This document shows, one piece after another, positions 19,697-29,817 of a DNA stretch of 64,000 nucleotides (positions within the stretch are counted from its first letter, which is position 1; every line of letters starts with the position of its first letter). Position numbers and translations under genes: made by a program. The notes under the pieces are model-generated. The model was not told where the DNA came from. It did no database searches and saw only the letters and a program-made list of their open reading frames with translations. The DNA is taken from positions 1 through 64,000 of the IMG/VR virus record IMGVR_UViG_3300007274_000026; one strand, written 5' to 3'. Source of the stretch: a virus.

Positions 19697-19914
19697 CAGA
19701 TTCTCAATACGCCCGCTTGCTGTGCCAGTCGCTATGCCAGTGAGGGTGCCACTTCTTTGAAAATGTGCCAGAAATTTATTGGCATAAACAGGGGCAGATC
19801 CATTGGCACAACAGCGATCTAAGCAAAACCGGTACGAACGTACCAAGCAGTCTTTCCACCGCCCTTAGCCAGCAATGGGGCCATATTGAGCGAGCCCCCA
19901 ACCACCACAGACAC

Positions 19915-20124
19915 ATGGGAATGCTCGCCGACGCCCTTCGCGCCAACCTCAAGCAGGTCGCCGAATCTGACGCCCGCGCCTTGCGCGCTACGCAGGAGAT
20001 GCTCACTGAGGTTCGCGCTCAGATCGCTGCCGCTGAGGCCCCTCAACTGGCTGCCAGCAAGGACGACGAGATTGCAGCCGCCATCGCGCTGCTTGAGGCC
20101 AACGGCTACACCGTCACCCGCTGA
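19915..20124 (+). CDS. Small hypothetical protein
   Basis: AACCACCACA leader; MGMLADALRANL...AIALLEANGYTVTR; followed by a terminator. Confidence 0.65.
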   Translation: MGMLADALRANLKQVAESDARALRATQEMLTEVRAQIAAAEAPQLAASKDDEIAAAIALLEANGYTVTR

Positions 20125-20146
20125 CCCGTCGCCTACCGGCCGCACC

Positions 20147-20175
20147 GCCCCCGCCACCACGGGGGCATTTTTTTT
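20147..20175 (+). terminator. Intrinsic terminator
   Basis: GCCCCC...GGGGGC stem followed by ATTTTTTTT. Confidence 0.75.
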
Positions 20176-20242
20176 GCCTGCCTGTAGGCGCCCCTACAAG
20201 CCGCTGTAAGGCGCCCGCTAGCAACGACCGGTGTCACAGGGC

Positions 20243-20542
20243 TCACAGCCACGCAGTCGCACTCTGCGGGCCAGGACGCGGCTTGTCCGGTTGGCGCCGC
20301 TTGCCCAGTCGCTTCTGGCTGTAACGCATCTTGTCCAGCCGGAACTCAGCGCAGTGATGCAGCCACCACTCCACGCCCTCACTGGTAGCCAGCGCCTCCT
20401 TGGGGCTGCTGCAGGGGCCGATCTCAGCCACGTAGCGCCCACGCATCTCATGGAAGGCCTGAGGCGCCGTTTCATATAGCTCCTTCATGCGCCAGGCCAC
20501 ATACGGCGCCAGGCCGCGCAGATCAGGGTTCATATCAACCAT
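20243..20542 (-). CDS. Hypothetical protein
   Basis: 99-aa ORF with ATG start and plausible composition. Confidence 0.45.
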   Translation of the reverse strand: MVDMNPDLRGLAPYVAWRMKELYETAPQAFHEMRGRYVAEIGPCSSPKEALATSEGVEWWLHHCAEFRLDKMRYSQKRLGKRRQPDKPRPGPQSATAWL

Positions 20543-20783
20543 GGGGAATCTCCCCGCTGATGCATTTGGTGAGCTTTGCTTCTGCGTCGGCTACCAAGTG
20601 CATAGAACTAACAGCCACACAACGGCGCTCGCCGTCCAGCTCAACGCAAACAAGGACGGCGTCATCGGGAAGGGTTTCGATCTCTGTCATGTCCCAAGCT
20701 TAGCTAGCAACGGTTCAAATGAAAAGCCCCGCTCGGGTAACGGGCCAAGCGGGGCGGTGATGGGGGAGCCTTCGGTGTAACAG

Positions 20784-21293
20784 CTACGAACGGCGGGCGC
20801 CAGCGTGAAGCTTGCTGACATGTTGAAACGTGATCCCAAACCGCTCACCAATAGCGGCTTGCGTCATCGTTCCCTTTAGCGCTCGAATCTCCGCCACCTG
20901 CTCATCAGTCAACTTGGCTGCGGGATTCTTCTCACCGCTTAAGTCAGGCATAGTCCCATCCCTGTGTTTGTCCAAAGCGTTCTGGCTGTGGGTGCCATAG
21001 CTCAGGTTCTCAGGGCGGTTATCAAACTTCCCGTTAGGACCATGCAGAACAATCAAGCCCTCAGGCTTTGGCCCAAGGAAGGCCGCGGCCACCGCCTGGT
21101 GAACGGAATAGTCCTTCCGCGTGTAGACGCCGTCACGGACTTGAACAGCGGTGAAGCACAAATAATCACAGCCATGCGATCCACGCATCCGCTGTTTTAG
21201 CGGCTTCTTATTGCGCCGCCCCATGATCCGCCCCTCTGAGCTGACCTTGTATCCCTCGCAGTTCGGCAACGGTATGTCCCGCCATTCAGCCAT
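20784..21293 (-). CDS. NUMOD4-HNH homing endonuclease
   Basis: EWRDIP...Y.VSSEGR, VH..VA.AF.G, H...DNRPENL.YGT.S.N and AKLT..QV.EIR motifs. Confidence 0.9.
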   Translation of the reverse strand: MAEWRDIPLPNCEGYKVSSEGRIMGRRNKKPLKQRMRGSHGCDYLCFTAVQVRDGVYTRKDYSVHQAVAAAFLGPKPEGLIVLHGPNGKFDNRPENLSYGTHSQNALDKHRDGTMPDLSGEKNPAAKLTDEQVAEIRALKGTMTQAAIGERFGITFQHVSKLHAGARRS

Positions 21294-21295
21294 GA

Positions 21296-21318
21296 AAAAA
21301 GGGGCCTCGAAAGGCCCC
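21296..21318 (-). terminator. Intrinsic terminator after the major capsid gene
   Basis: GGGGCCT-TTCG-AGGCCCC followed by TTTTT on the minus strand. Confidence 0.85.
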
Positions 21319-21340
21319 TATTGTAGCTAGTCCTGGTTGA

Positions 21341-22357
21341 TCAGGAAGGCAGCTCACCGCGCAAAGCGCAGATCTTGACGTTGCGGGGATCGTCGAAAAC
21401 ACAATCCCAGTTGCCGACAGTGGCGAACTCAGCGTTGGTCGGTGAGTTGCCAGAGGCAGTACCAGTCCAGCTGCAGCCGACAGGGTGCAGCATGTACTCC
21501 TTACGGTTCACGAGAATCTCGATTCCACGCAGGATGTCGCGGTCGGTTTCAACCGGGGTCTTCGGTGCAATCTCCGAGTAGGTGAATGCGCCAGGAGCGA
21601 AGAAGTAGATGGTGTGAACGTCACCGCCACCATCTCCACCACCGACAAGGTCGCCAGTGGGCCTCAGGCCGTCGTCAACAATGACAGGGCGACCCAAATA
21701 GGTGCCGAACTCAGCCCGCTCAGCAGACACGCGAGTGTCCAGCTGTGAGGTGATCTCAGGGCTTGAGCCAGGGATGATCAGGTCAGCCTTAATCAGCGCG
21801 TAGTAAGCCTGGCTGTCCATTGCAACAGCAGACAGATCCTGACCAGCATCACCAAGCTGGGCGATAGCGTCGATCATGGTGTCTGCGCCGATGGTGGCAG
21901 TAGCGCCACCAGTCAGGTGATCACTGGCCAGCGTGCCGCCACCAGCCAAAGGACCAAACAGACCGTTCAGGATTGAGATGAGCACAGCCTGGGTGTCGCG
22001 CACCCAATACTCACCAGTGCGGATTGCAATGGCACGCATGGGGTCATCACCAGCCAGCTCAGCCGCCAGGTCTGAAGACTGCCAAGCGCGACCGCGCAGG
22101 TTACGAACACCGATCTGAGCATTGCCACCAAGAACAGCAGCAGTCAGGCCAACAACATCCGAGAGAATCTCGGAATCACCAGCCAGATCGGCAAAGTGAG
22201 GAATGGTGATCGTGCGACCGCCTTTGGCGAATTCCGCAGAGATCGCAGCGTTGTTAGCAACAATGCCTGAACGAAAGAACCCGGATTTTGCTTGGTTGAT
22301 CTCCTGCTGATAGGAGAGGAACAGTTCCGGGATAAAAGGAACGTTTGCAAGCAACAT
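21341..22357 (-). CDS. Major capsid protein
   Basis: 338 aa; IPELF..Y, F.SGIV, GG.TITIP.F.DL.G, RG.AW...DLA.ELAG.DPM, YLGR.VIVDD and ETDRD motifs. Confidence 0.9.
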   Translation of the reverse strand: MLLANVPFIPELFLSYQQEINQAKSGFFRSGIVANNAAISAEFAKGGRTITIPHFADLAGDSEILSDVVGLTAAVLGGNAQIGVRNLRGRAWQSSDLAAELAGDDPMRAIAIRTGEYWVRDTQAVLISILNGLFGPLAGGGTLASDHLTGGATATIGADTMIDAIAQLGDAGQDLSAVAMDSQAYYALIKADLIIPGSSPEITSQLDTRVSAERAEFGTYLGRPVIVDDGLRPTGDLVGGGDGGGDVHTIYFFAPGAFTYSEIAPKTPVETDRDILRGIEILVNRKEYMLHPVGCSWTGTASGNSPTNAEFATVGNWDCVFDDPRNVKICALRGELPS

Positions 22358-22459
22358 GGCTTGTAAATCTCAGAAATAAATTGGACGGTGAAGCGCCGCT
22401 TCAAATTTGGCTTGGGCGCCGCCCTTGCCAGGTTGCTCTGAAGAGATGATAACTAATTC

Positions 22460-23317
22460 CTATTTTTTGAGCAAAGCCAAGAACTTTGAATCAAGCTTCC
22501 CGGCTGATCGTGCCTCACCCATCAAGCGCCGCGCCTTATCAGGCTGGGCCTGCCACATGGTTGCCGCTTGCGTCAGGTTGATCTGATCAGTGCGGAAAGG
22601 ATTAGCGCCACTACCAGCTGATGCCGCCTGATTGTTCCTTACGCCAGTACCAGCACCAGTCATTCCTGAACCGGCAAACATGTAGCTGAAGTTTTCATCA
22701 TCCCGAACGGCAGCGATCACATCACTCAAGGGTTTCGGGTCATAGTCAGGACCACCAACAACAGCACCCTCCTCAGTGAGGTTTACCGCGTACTTGGTAT
22801 CGAGTCCCATCAGCTTGTAGGCATGGCTGGGGTTTGTGGCGCCAGCTTTGCCGAGAGCTTCAACAACGATGCGCTCAATCTTGTCCTGACGGTTGCGAAG
22901 GATTGCCTCCTTCTTCTCTTCTTCGCTTTGGCGGGCTTTCTCTTCGAGAATTTCCATCTGCTTGCGCAGCCGCTTCAGCTCGGCATCCATCAACGGATCC
23001 GGCCCTTTAGGCGTTTCAGCTGGAGTTGAAGCACTCTCTTGAGCCGTCGTATCAGCTGGCGGATTCGGGCGAACCAATAGCTTTTCTGCAAGCAAGGATT
23101 CCGCTTCGTCATCTTCTGCGTCAATGCCGATGGTGCTGATCAGTTTCTTGATGCGCTTAAGCCTTTTGGTTTCATCTAAGGCTTCATTGCGCTTGCCTTC
23201 CAATTTGGAGACGCTTGAAGTGAGCCTGGCGTTCTCCTCTTTGAGCTTGGAGATGACGGCTTCAAGGTCGCGTGATTGACCTTCACCAGACGCCGTCTGA
23301 TCAAGTTCTTCAGACAC
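22460..23317 (-). CDS. Capsid scaffolding protein
   Basis: Coiled coil, G.GAG linker, NPF....NLT.. C-terminus; directly upstream of the major capsid gene. Confidence 0.8.
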   Translation of the reverse strand: MSEELDQTASGEGQSRDLEAVISKLKEENARLTSSVSKLEGKRNEALDETKRLKRIKKLISTIGIDAEDDEAESLLAEKLLVRPNPPADTTAQESASTPAETPKGPDPLMDAELKRLRKQMEILEEKARQSEEEKKEAILRNRQDKIERIVVEALGKAGATNPSHAYKLMGLDTKYAVNLTEEGAVVGGPDYDPKPLSDVIAAVRDDENFSYMFAGSGMTGAGTGVRNNQAASAGSGANPFRTDQINLTQAATMWQAQPDKARRLMGEARSAGKLDSKFLALLKK

Positions 23318-23395
23318 AGTTCAGACCATTGCTAACTACGAGCAGTTTATTTGCTTAATTCCTAGCCACAAGGGGAGGAGTGAGGGGCAAAGCCC

Positions 23396-23620
23396 TCACG
23401 CTCCAGCAGGCCCCAAGCGATAGCCAGGCGACTTGATCATGAACTCATCGCCCCACTCAAGATCCTTGACTTGGACTGGCGCAGCGGTGAAGTGCTGAAT
23501 AGCTCGAACGGTCACCTCGACCTCGTCGCGATCCACCACCTCATAAATGGGGTTCCGCCAGTCCGAAGGATCAGCGACCTTGTCAAAAGCTGCTTCAAGC
23601 TGAGCTTCAGTGAAAGCCAT
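23396..23620 (-). CDS. Small hypothetical protein
   Basis: AFDKVADPSDWRNPI...AI.HFT...SPGY; own promoter (CTAGCTA..TGGTATAGT) at about 23675-23695. Confidence 0.65.
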   Translation of the reverse strand: MAFTEAQLEAAFDKVADPSDWRNPIYEVVDRDEVEVTVRAIQHFTAAPVQVKDLEWGDEFMIKSPGYRLGPAGA

Positions 23621-23775
23621 TTTTCAAAACCAGCGACGGGGCTGGATCGTGTGGGGCTGAACCCCTGTTGAAACAACTATACCAGCCATAGCTAGAAATG
23701 GTCAACACCATCAATCGACCAAGCGCTAGCCACAAGTGGTGCTATAATAAGAAAGCCAACCACCACAAGGCGTCC

Positions 23776-24024
23776 ATGAAAAAACCGCGCAGCTGGGCTG
23801 AAGCGGCCCAGCATCCGGGCATCTCCTGGATTGAAGATGAGCGCTGCGTTGCCAGCCGCGATCCCCACACCGGCGAATGGGACAGCCCACCATTCTTCGT
23901 TTACCTGAATGACGGCTGGAATTGGGACGGGCTGACGGCGTTCGCCATCTATAGCCTGCGCGAGCTGCAGGAAGAATGGCACCAGATCGAGAACCAACAC
24001 TGCGCCCAGCCCGGAGACGAATGA
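23776..24024 (+). CDS. Small early protein (paralogue of the next gene)
   Basis: MKKPR...HP....EDER...FVYL.DG; promoter and leader upstream. Confidence 0.65.
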   Translation: MKKPRSWAEAAQHPGISWIEDERCVASRDPHTGEWDSPPFFVYLNDGWNWDGLTAFAIYSLRELQEEWHQIENQHCAQPGDE

Positions 24025-24233
24025 AAAAACCACGCACTCTGAAGACTCTTCTGGCCCACCCGTGGGTGGAAGACTGGGACGACGAACGCGGCATCGATAA
24101 CGGCATCTGGATCTATCTCAAGACGGGGTACTGGTCGCCTGAAATGGAAACGACCAGCATCCATGAGATGACGGTGGCTGAGTGTTGCGACGTGTTCAGC
24201 CGCGTCGAACCTGACTTGCGCCCGCAAGACTGA
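24021..24233 (+). CDS. Small early protein
   Basis: MKKPR...HP...DDER...WIYL.TG; ATGA overlap with the previous gene. Confidence 0.65.
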   Translation: MKKPRTLKTLLAHPWVEDWDDERGIDNGIWIYLKTGYWSPEMETTSIHEMTVAECCDVFSRVEPDLRPQD

Positions 24234-24290
24234 TCACGTCACCTTTGCTAGCCAGCCGTGGTATGATTAACAGGTCAACCACCACCAGCA

Positions 24291-24488
24291 ATGAACGACC
24301 TCGACTTTCTCCCTTTTGAACTTGAGCCCCAGGTAGAAGAGCGCTTCTGGCTTCACTACACCGACAGCGAAGGTTTCGAAGACTGGTTCCACGACGACGA
24401 AGAAGACCGCGAGCAGATCCGTGGCCTTATCGCCAGCAACGGCATTAAGGGCACAGCCTGGCAAATCGAGAAAACGCCAATGGATTGA
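24291..24488 (+). CDS. Small acidic early protein
   Basis: Promoter and AACCACCAC leader upstream. Confidence 0.6.
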   Translation: MNDLDFLPFELEPQVEERFWLHYTDSEGFEDWFHDDEEDREQIRGLIASNGIKGTAWQIEKTPMD

Positions 24489-24703
24489 TTGCCACGGCTA
24501 GCTAGGCGCCCAATCATGGGCGCTAAGCGGTAGCCACCTATGGGACAAAACAACACCAGAAACCTCCATTGGCAGTCGAATCCAAGCCGCTACATGGAAC
24601 AAGCCAAAGCCCGCGCATTGGCAACGCTTCACGACTCTGCGCCTGTACTCACCACTCTTGAGCGCAGCTATCGACAAATGCTCCTTAAAAACCACCACCA
24701 CTC

Positions 24704-25276
24704 ATGACCCTCACACCTTGCAAATCAGGACCGTTCGCTCACCCCGCACTGTCTGCTGACATACCTCGCGTTTTTGGGATTTATCTCACTTGCCCCCATG
24801 CTCACGCCGTTGGTCATCGCTACGGCGCATGGCTTGATTGCTCAATGCTCCTGAACATGGCTGCCTATCAATCCGCCATCACCGAGTTCACAGAATCGTC
24901 ACCCTGGAACACGGACGGTGCTTGGACGATCAGCGATTGGGACATGCCGTGCGTTGCCGTTGAAGACAAATGCTTGGCCACCCTCGCTGAGTACGTCCGC
25001 AACTGGCGCCAGTGCTCAGGCGATCAAGAGCAACAGGCTTACGACGAGTACATCACGGATCGTCGCCAAGTCGTCAGCTACCGCGAATTCAAGGAAGCTC
25101 TGGTTGGGATTTACAAAGACGAAGTCGATTTTTGCTGGGAGCAATGCGACGCGCCCGGCGTTGATGAGTTCGGCGAGTTCGTTGACTGGGATCGCTACTG
25201 GAAGCGCCGCTATGAAAGCGACGGCTACACATCTGCATCCGTAAGCGGCGGGATGGCGATCTTCCGCCCTGTTTAA
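24704..25276 (+). CDS. ardA: ArdA-like antirestriction protein
   Basis: GAWLD, W.ISDWD, F.EA.VG.Y.DEVDF, F.DW..Y and final G..IFR motifs; acidic protein. Confidence 0.7.
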   Translation: MTLTPCKSGPFAHPALSADIPRVFGIYLTCPHAHAVGHRYGAWLDCSMLLNMAAYQSAITEFTESSPWNTDGAWTISDWDMPCVAVEDKCLATLAEYVRNWRQCSGDQEQQAYDEYITDRRQVVSYREFKEALVGIYKDEVDFCWEQCDAPGVDEFGEFVDWDRYWKRRYESDGYTSASVSGGMAIFRPV

Positions 25277-25329
25277 TTTGACCGTGCTAGCTAAAGCTGG
25301 TATTATCAAGAAGTAACCACCACCGCCCC

Positions 25330-25512
25330 ATGAATCACTTTCCTTACGAGCTACGACGCGGCGACGCTGAATTAGTCGTTATGGCGCTTCGCAGTTACCT
25401 GTCGCGCCAAATGTCTGGAGACGGCGCCGCTAACGGCATGGAGATTCTCCGTGATGAGCTTGAGCTTTGCCTTGAAGAATCCGAAACCGCCCTGTTTGGT
25501 GCCAGGCAATGA
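25330..25512 (+). CDS. Small early protein
   Basis: Promoter and leader upstream. Confidence 0.6.
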   Translation: MNHFPYELRRGDAELVVMALRSYLSRQMSGDGAANGMEILRDELELCLEESETALFGARQ

Positions 25513-26192
25513 GAGAACAACTCAAACACCTGGAGGGCAAGCTGGTTGTCCTCCGCGGGCGGGTCGCCGCGGCCCGCATCACCGAAAATCACCGCTACTA
25601 CTTCTGTGTCTCCAATCCCAAGATCTCCCCCTGGGATGGCAACGAACCGCTTCAAACAGCTTCATTCAAGAACACTGTCCGCGCTGACCACATCTGGGTC
25701 AACACCAGCGACGACGTCAATTGGCCAAAGCTCTATGAAAAACACTTTCTCGTTGGCAACTGCGGTTACTACACACGCAAGGACGGCTCCGTTGACCTGA
25801 GCGTCACCAAAACCGCCGCCATCCTTAACGGCCAGAAATTCCTCTGGGAGATTGAAGGCGTTCTGCGTTCAAAACGGTCAGAAGCCCAGCGTATTGACAG
25901 ATCCCTAGAAATGCTCAGCTATCTAGGCGACTCACTGCTTCATCACGGCGACCACAAAAACGGGATGGATCATTACGTCTACGGCACCGACTGGTCGGTT
26001 CACGAAATCACCGAACGCGTCCTGGCCATGCATAAGGACGTGCTGCAACGCCAACGGGCGTTAGCGCTGGAAAGCGTTCGCCACCTCAAGCCAGTGGCGC
26101 AGAAGCCCGGCTCAATGCTGTTCTTGAATCAGCCCACCGCACCAAAACACCAAACCGCTGTTGAACGACTTTTGGAGGAAAGGCAAAAATGA
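25509..26192 (+). CDS. Hypothetical protein
   Basis: 227 aa; DHIWV...G..GYYTRKDGSVD motif; ATGA overlap. Confidence 0.7.
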   Translation: MREQLKHLEGKLVVLRGRVAAARITENHRYYFCVSNPKISPWDGNEPLQTASFKNTVRADHIWVNTSDDVNWPKLYEKHFLVGNCGYYTRKDGSVDLSVTKTAAILNGQKFLWEIEGVLRSKRSEAQRIDRSLEMLSYLGDSLLHHGDHKNGMDHYVYGTDWSVHEITERVLAMHKDVLQRQRALALESVRHLKPVAQKPGSMLFLNQPTAPKHQTAVERLLEERQK

Positions 26193-26322
26193 ACCAAGAC
26201 AAGCTAAAGCTGATGCAGGTGGAGGAGTCTCGATACAGGGACCAGCACCTAGCTAATCTGCGCCGCCGTCAGCAGGAATGGCAAGAACACATCCGCAATG
26301 CGCGGGCCGAACTGGAGAAGCC

Positions 26323-26592
26323 ATGACAGATCCAAACCCATGGGGTGAGCTCACCTGGCAGGCGATCATCAACAACCTGCCCGCGGATGATGCTGCGCTG
26401 GCAAAGCAGGCCACCAGCCTGCAGCGGGTTGACTTTGAGCCTGAACGGGATCACATCGTCATTCAGCTGGCCGTGGCGGTGGATGGCATGGTGTCGATGA
26501 GCGAACGGCTGCCGCTGCTGAAGGAGACGGGGCGAGAGTTGTTTGGGTTTGTGCCGACATTTGTGCTCCAACTGGAGAAGGTCTCCCGATGA
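26323..26592 (+). CDS. Hypothetical protein
   Basis: Probable ATG at 26323 in a chain of overlapping small ORFs. Confidence 0.5.
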   Translation: MTDPNPWGELTWQAIINNLPADDAALAKQATSLQRVDFEPERDHIVIQLAVAVDGMVSMSERLPLLKETGRELFGFVPTFVLQLEKVSR

Positions 26593-26656
26593 CTGTTGCC
26601 ATCTACCACCACTAGCCAGCAGAGGTGCTATGATTAGCTCAACCACCACAAAGCAC

Positions 26657-26887
26657 ATGACCCTCATTCAGGAATCCGCCGAACTCGCTGGCTTCTTCAC
26701 CCTCACCACCGAGAAGGGCAAAACCATCGAGGTCAACACCGCAAATGATCAAGTGATGGTCTACATCCAGCAGAACGGCAGCCGCGGCCTGAGCTACGGC
26801 AAGCGCTTTGACTCCCTGGCTGCTGCAGCTGAGGGCTACAAGCGCCAGGACATCAAGGCCGCCCTGTATGCGCTGGCTGAGGCCTGA
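26657..26887 (+). CDS. Small early protein
   Basis: Promoter and AACCACCACA leader; GKRFDSL.AA..GYK; hairpin follows. Confidence 0.7.
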   Translation: MTLIQESAELAGFFTLTTEKGKTIEVNTANDQVMVYIQQNGSRGLSYGKRFDSLAAAAEGYKRQDIKAALYALAEA

Positions 26888-26932
26888 TCCTCACCGCCCC
26901 CGCAAGGGGGCTTAACCACCATCAACAAAACC

Positions 26933-27274
26933 ATGACTCACACAGCACCGATTTTTACAACACAGCAGTGCGCCGATGCCATCGACCAAGCCGAGCTAAC
27001 CCCGCGCCAGCTCGAACTGGTCAAAGCGCTACTAGAGATGCGTCAGGGCACCGCAGAACAATTCACGGAAGCCGTAGGGGGCGTCAGCTACAAGAGCACC
27101 TTCAACAGCCAGCTAGGGGTCGCCTGCCGGAAGCTTGCTGAAGCACTTGGGTGGCAACGGGCTGATGGGCGCCATTGGCTTGATTTAATCCTCTGCTTTG
27201 AAAACGCCGCCTACCGTGACGATCTCAAGCACAGCATCTGGTCAGTTCGGGGCAACTGGATTGGCGCTCTCTAG
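26933..27274 (+). CDS. Winged-helix-like small protein
   Basis: LTPRQLELVKALL...TAEQF..AVG..SY pattern. Confidence 0.55.
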   Translation: MTHTAPIFTTQQCADAIDQAELTPRQLELVKALLEMRQGTAEQFTEAVGGVSYKSTFNSQLGVACRKLAEALGWQRADGRHWLDLILCFENAAYRDDLKHSIWSVRGNWIGAL

Positions 27275-27276
27275 CC

Positions 27277-27492
27277 ATGACAGAGGAACAGCTGCAGAAG
27301 TATTGGGGGCGGGTGCACGATCTGCGCAATTTGCAGTGCGAACAGATCCGAAGCATCGGTCTGCGGAAGCGGGAGCTCGAGCAGGCCGAACGGGATCTGA
27401 CCCAGCTGATGCGGGCGTATCGGGCAACTGACCTGGAACTGGGGAAGGTACTCAGTCAGATGCAGCTTGAGGGGATGCTGGAATCTGACTAA
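27277..27492 (+). CDS. Small coiled-coil protein
   Basis: 71-aa ORF with a heptad pattern. Confidence 0.55.
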   Translation: MTEEQLQKYWGRVHDLRNLQCEQIRSIGLRKRELEQAERDLTQLMRAYRATDLELGKVLSQMQLEGMLESD

Positions 27493-27559
27493 ATTGCGCC
27501 ATCGACCACCGCTAGCCAGCAAAGGTGGTATGATTTGGGAGTCGCCACCACAGACACCA

Positions 27560-27784
27560 ATGACCGTTTACACCATCACCGTCGAAAGCACCACCCACTC
27601 TATGAAGAGCAAGGTGACCGACTACGCCTACGCCGTGGGCATGATCATCGACGGCACCGTTCACAAGCCCGGATTTTCACGAAAGCTCGACCGTGTCATG
27701 AAGGACGCCCAACAGATCCGCGGATACAACAACGGCTCTGTCCCTTACGTCGTCGAGCTTGCCAGCGGCAAGCGCTTGGTCTGA
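27560..27784 (+). CDS. Small early protein
   Basis: Promoter and leader upstream; hairpin after the stop. Confidence 0.65.
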   Translation: MTVYTITVESTTHSMKSKVTDYAYAVGMIIDGTVHKPGFSRKLDRVMKDAQQIRGYNNGSVPYVVELASGKRLV

Positions 27785-27811
27785 CCCCGCCCCCTTCGGG
27801 GGGCCAACCCC

Positions 27812-28006
27812 ATGACTTACGCAACCCGCATTCAGCTGCTCTCTCACGTCGAAAGCCTTGAGCTTGAACCAGATGGTTGGTGCTGCACCCTGCGACCTGG
27901 CCTAACGACAGAAGCGCTAGGTGGTAGCGGCATCATCATCGACCCGTCAATCCGTACGGTCTGGTCGTTCGTGAAGGGACCAGCAATGCCCGCGCAGGAG
28001 AGCTAG
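27812..28006 (+). CDS. Small early protein
   Basis: 64-aa ORF after the hairpin. Confidence 0.5.
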   Translation: MTYATRIQLLSHVESLELEPDGWCCTLRPGLTTEALGGSGIIIDPSIRTVWSFVKGPAMPAQES

Positions 28007-28075
28007 CTAGGCATTCCACCACCACTAGCCAGAAGAGGTGCTATACTTTTCAAGTACCAAGGCAACCACCACGCC

Positions 28076-28348
28076 ATGACCCGCTCCACCAAAATGACCG
28101 CCGCCGAGATCGCCGCCTTCAAGGCCGCCAACCTCGCAGCTAACGCCCGCAACAAAAAGACCATCGTGATCAAGCCCGCTGCCCCTGCACCCCGCAAAAG
28201 CCAGCGCCAGCAGTTCACCGAAGATCTGCGGGAGACAGAAGACATGATCCGCGCCGCCAAGCGTCAAGGCCTTCTACAGGCCATCCCTGCCCTTCTCGCC
28301 CGTCACAACCAGCTGACCGCACTGGTCAACCACGCCGCCCTGTCCTGA
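28076..28348 (+). CDS. Small basic early protein
   Basis: Promoter and leader upstream; hairpin after the stop. Confidence 0.65.
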   Translation: MTRSTKMTAAEIAAFKAANLAANARNKKTIVIKPAAPAPRKSQRQQFTEDLRETEDMIRAAKRQGLLQAIPALLARHNQLTALVNHAALS

Positions 28349-28715
28349 CGGCCGCGGCCCCTTCGGGGGCCACCAACCACCACCCCTAGCCAGCGTGGTA
28401 TAGTGATCAGGTCGGGCGGCAACGCCCGGCGCAACCACCACACCTGGACAACTGAATGACGACTTACGAAGCGATGCATCAGCTCGTCGCCCTACTGCAG
28501 CGTCAACGCGACGCGATCCCTGATCACATCTGGGAAGCGCAGGAAGACACGGAGCTGATGGCCGCCTGGGACGCCCTGAGCGACCTGGAATACGCCCTAG
28601 AGGCGAACAACGTCAAACCATGAGCGAGGGGCCTTCGGGCCCCTTTCCCATGACCTGTTGCCATCGCTAGCCAGCGGTGGTATTATTTGGAAGTCAACCA
28701 CCACCACGACACCCA

Positions 28716-28955
28716 ATGGACTTCATCGCCACCTTCTTCGCTGAAAAGGATCTCGACGACCGTATCTACGAAGTCGAGTCCGCCAACGGCACCCTCAACC
28801 TGATCAGCACCGCCAACGTCATCGAGAAAATCGGCATGACCAGCGGCACCGAACGCCAGCAGATCGAAAACATCCTTCGCCAGCTGGACTTCCGCAATGG
28901 AGACATCCACCACTTCCTGAACCACCTGGCTCAGGCCATGGCCGTCAGCTTCTGA
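28716..28955 (+). CDS. Small early protein
   Basis: TFFAEKDL...IDF/LDF.NGDI.HFL.HLA pattern; promoter and leader upstream. Confidence 0.7.
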   Translation: MDFIATFFAEKDLDDRIYEVESANGTLNLISTANVIEKIGMTSGTERQQIENILRQLDFRNGDIHHFLNHLAQAMAVSF

Positions 28956-29005
28956 TCACCCCGGGGCCTTCGGGCCCCACCACCACCAACCACCACCACA
29001 AAACA

Positions 29006-29239
29006 ATGAACAGCCCTCAATACCTAGAAGACCTTCGCAACGGCGAAACACTGAGCACCGTTCACTTCGCGACAGGCCAACGCCGTAACTACCAGTGGCA
29101 CGCCGAAACGGAAACCGTGCTGATTCACGTCACCAACAAAGGCCAGGCAGGAACAACGACGCAACGCGACAACTGGAAGATGGGCACCCTGCAACTGTCC
29201 ATGGCCAAGCGCAGCGACGCTTTCCAAACCAGCTTCTGA
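29006..29239 (+). CDS. Small early protein
   Basis: Tandem ACCACCAC leader upstream. Confidence 0.6.
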   Translation: MNSPQYLEDLRNGETLSTVHFATGQRRNYQWHAETETVLIHVTNKGQAGTTTQRDNWKMGTLQLSMAKRSDAFQTSF

Positions 29240-29485
29240 CTCACCACCAACCACCACAGAACAATGAACGACTTCAACGAATGGACGCTCGTCTATGAGG
29301 TCCGCCCTGGCAAATGGATTGAAAAGAAATTCGACACCGCTAGTGAGATGAACGCCTTTAGCGATCAGCGCGCCCGCGAGCGCCGCGAACGCATGGAAGC
29401 CCTGAAGGTCTGGCACCGATCTTGAGCTGATCTACCAGACTGGCTAGAGATGGTGTATGATTCTTTCAAGCCACCACACCAGCCA

Positions 29486-29695
29486 ATGCTCGCCAACATC
29501 GCCGGCAACGCCTACCGCCCCGAGCCCCTCAACATCCGCGCCGCTGCTGCCACCGCGCTGCTCGCCGCAGGCGTTGAGGCCACCGACACCATGATCGAGC
29601 GCGTCACCTTCACCGCCCAGATCTGCCTCCGTGTCGGCGACAGCCTCGAGACCGCCATCGCCGAAGGCGTCGCAACCCACCTCCTCCCCTCCTGA
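29486..29695 (+). CDS. Small early protein
   Basis: Promoter with inverted CTGGCTAG motif, leader, and terminator downstream. Confidence 0.6.
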   Translation: MLANIAGNAYRPEPLNIRAAAATALLAAGVEATDTMIERVTFTAQICLRVGDSLETAIAEGVATHLLPS

Positions 29696-29817
29696 ACCCA
29701 CCGGCCAGATCGCCCGCCTCCCGTAAGGGGGGCATTTTTCATGGCCAATCCCTAATGGATCTACCACTGCTGGCTAGAGATGGTGTATACTTTGTTTGTC
29801 GCAACCACCACAAGCCC

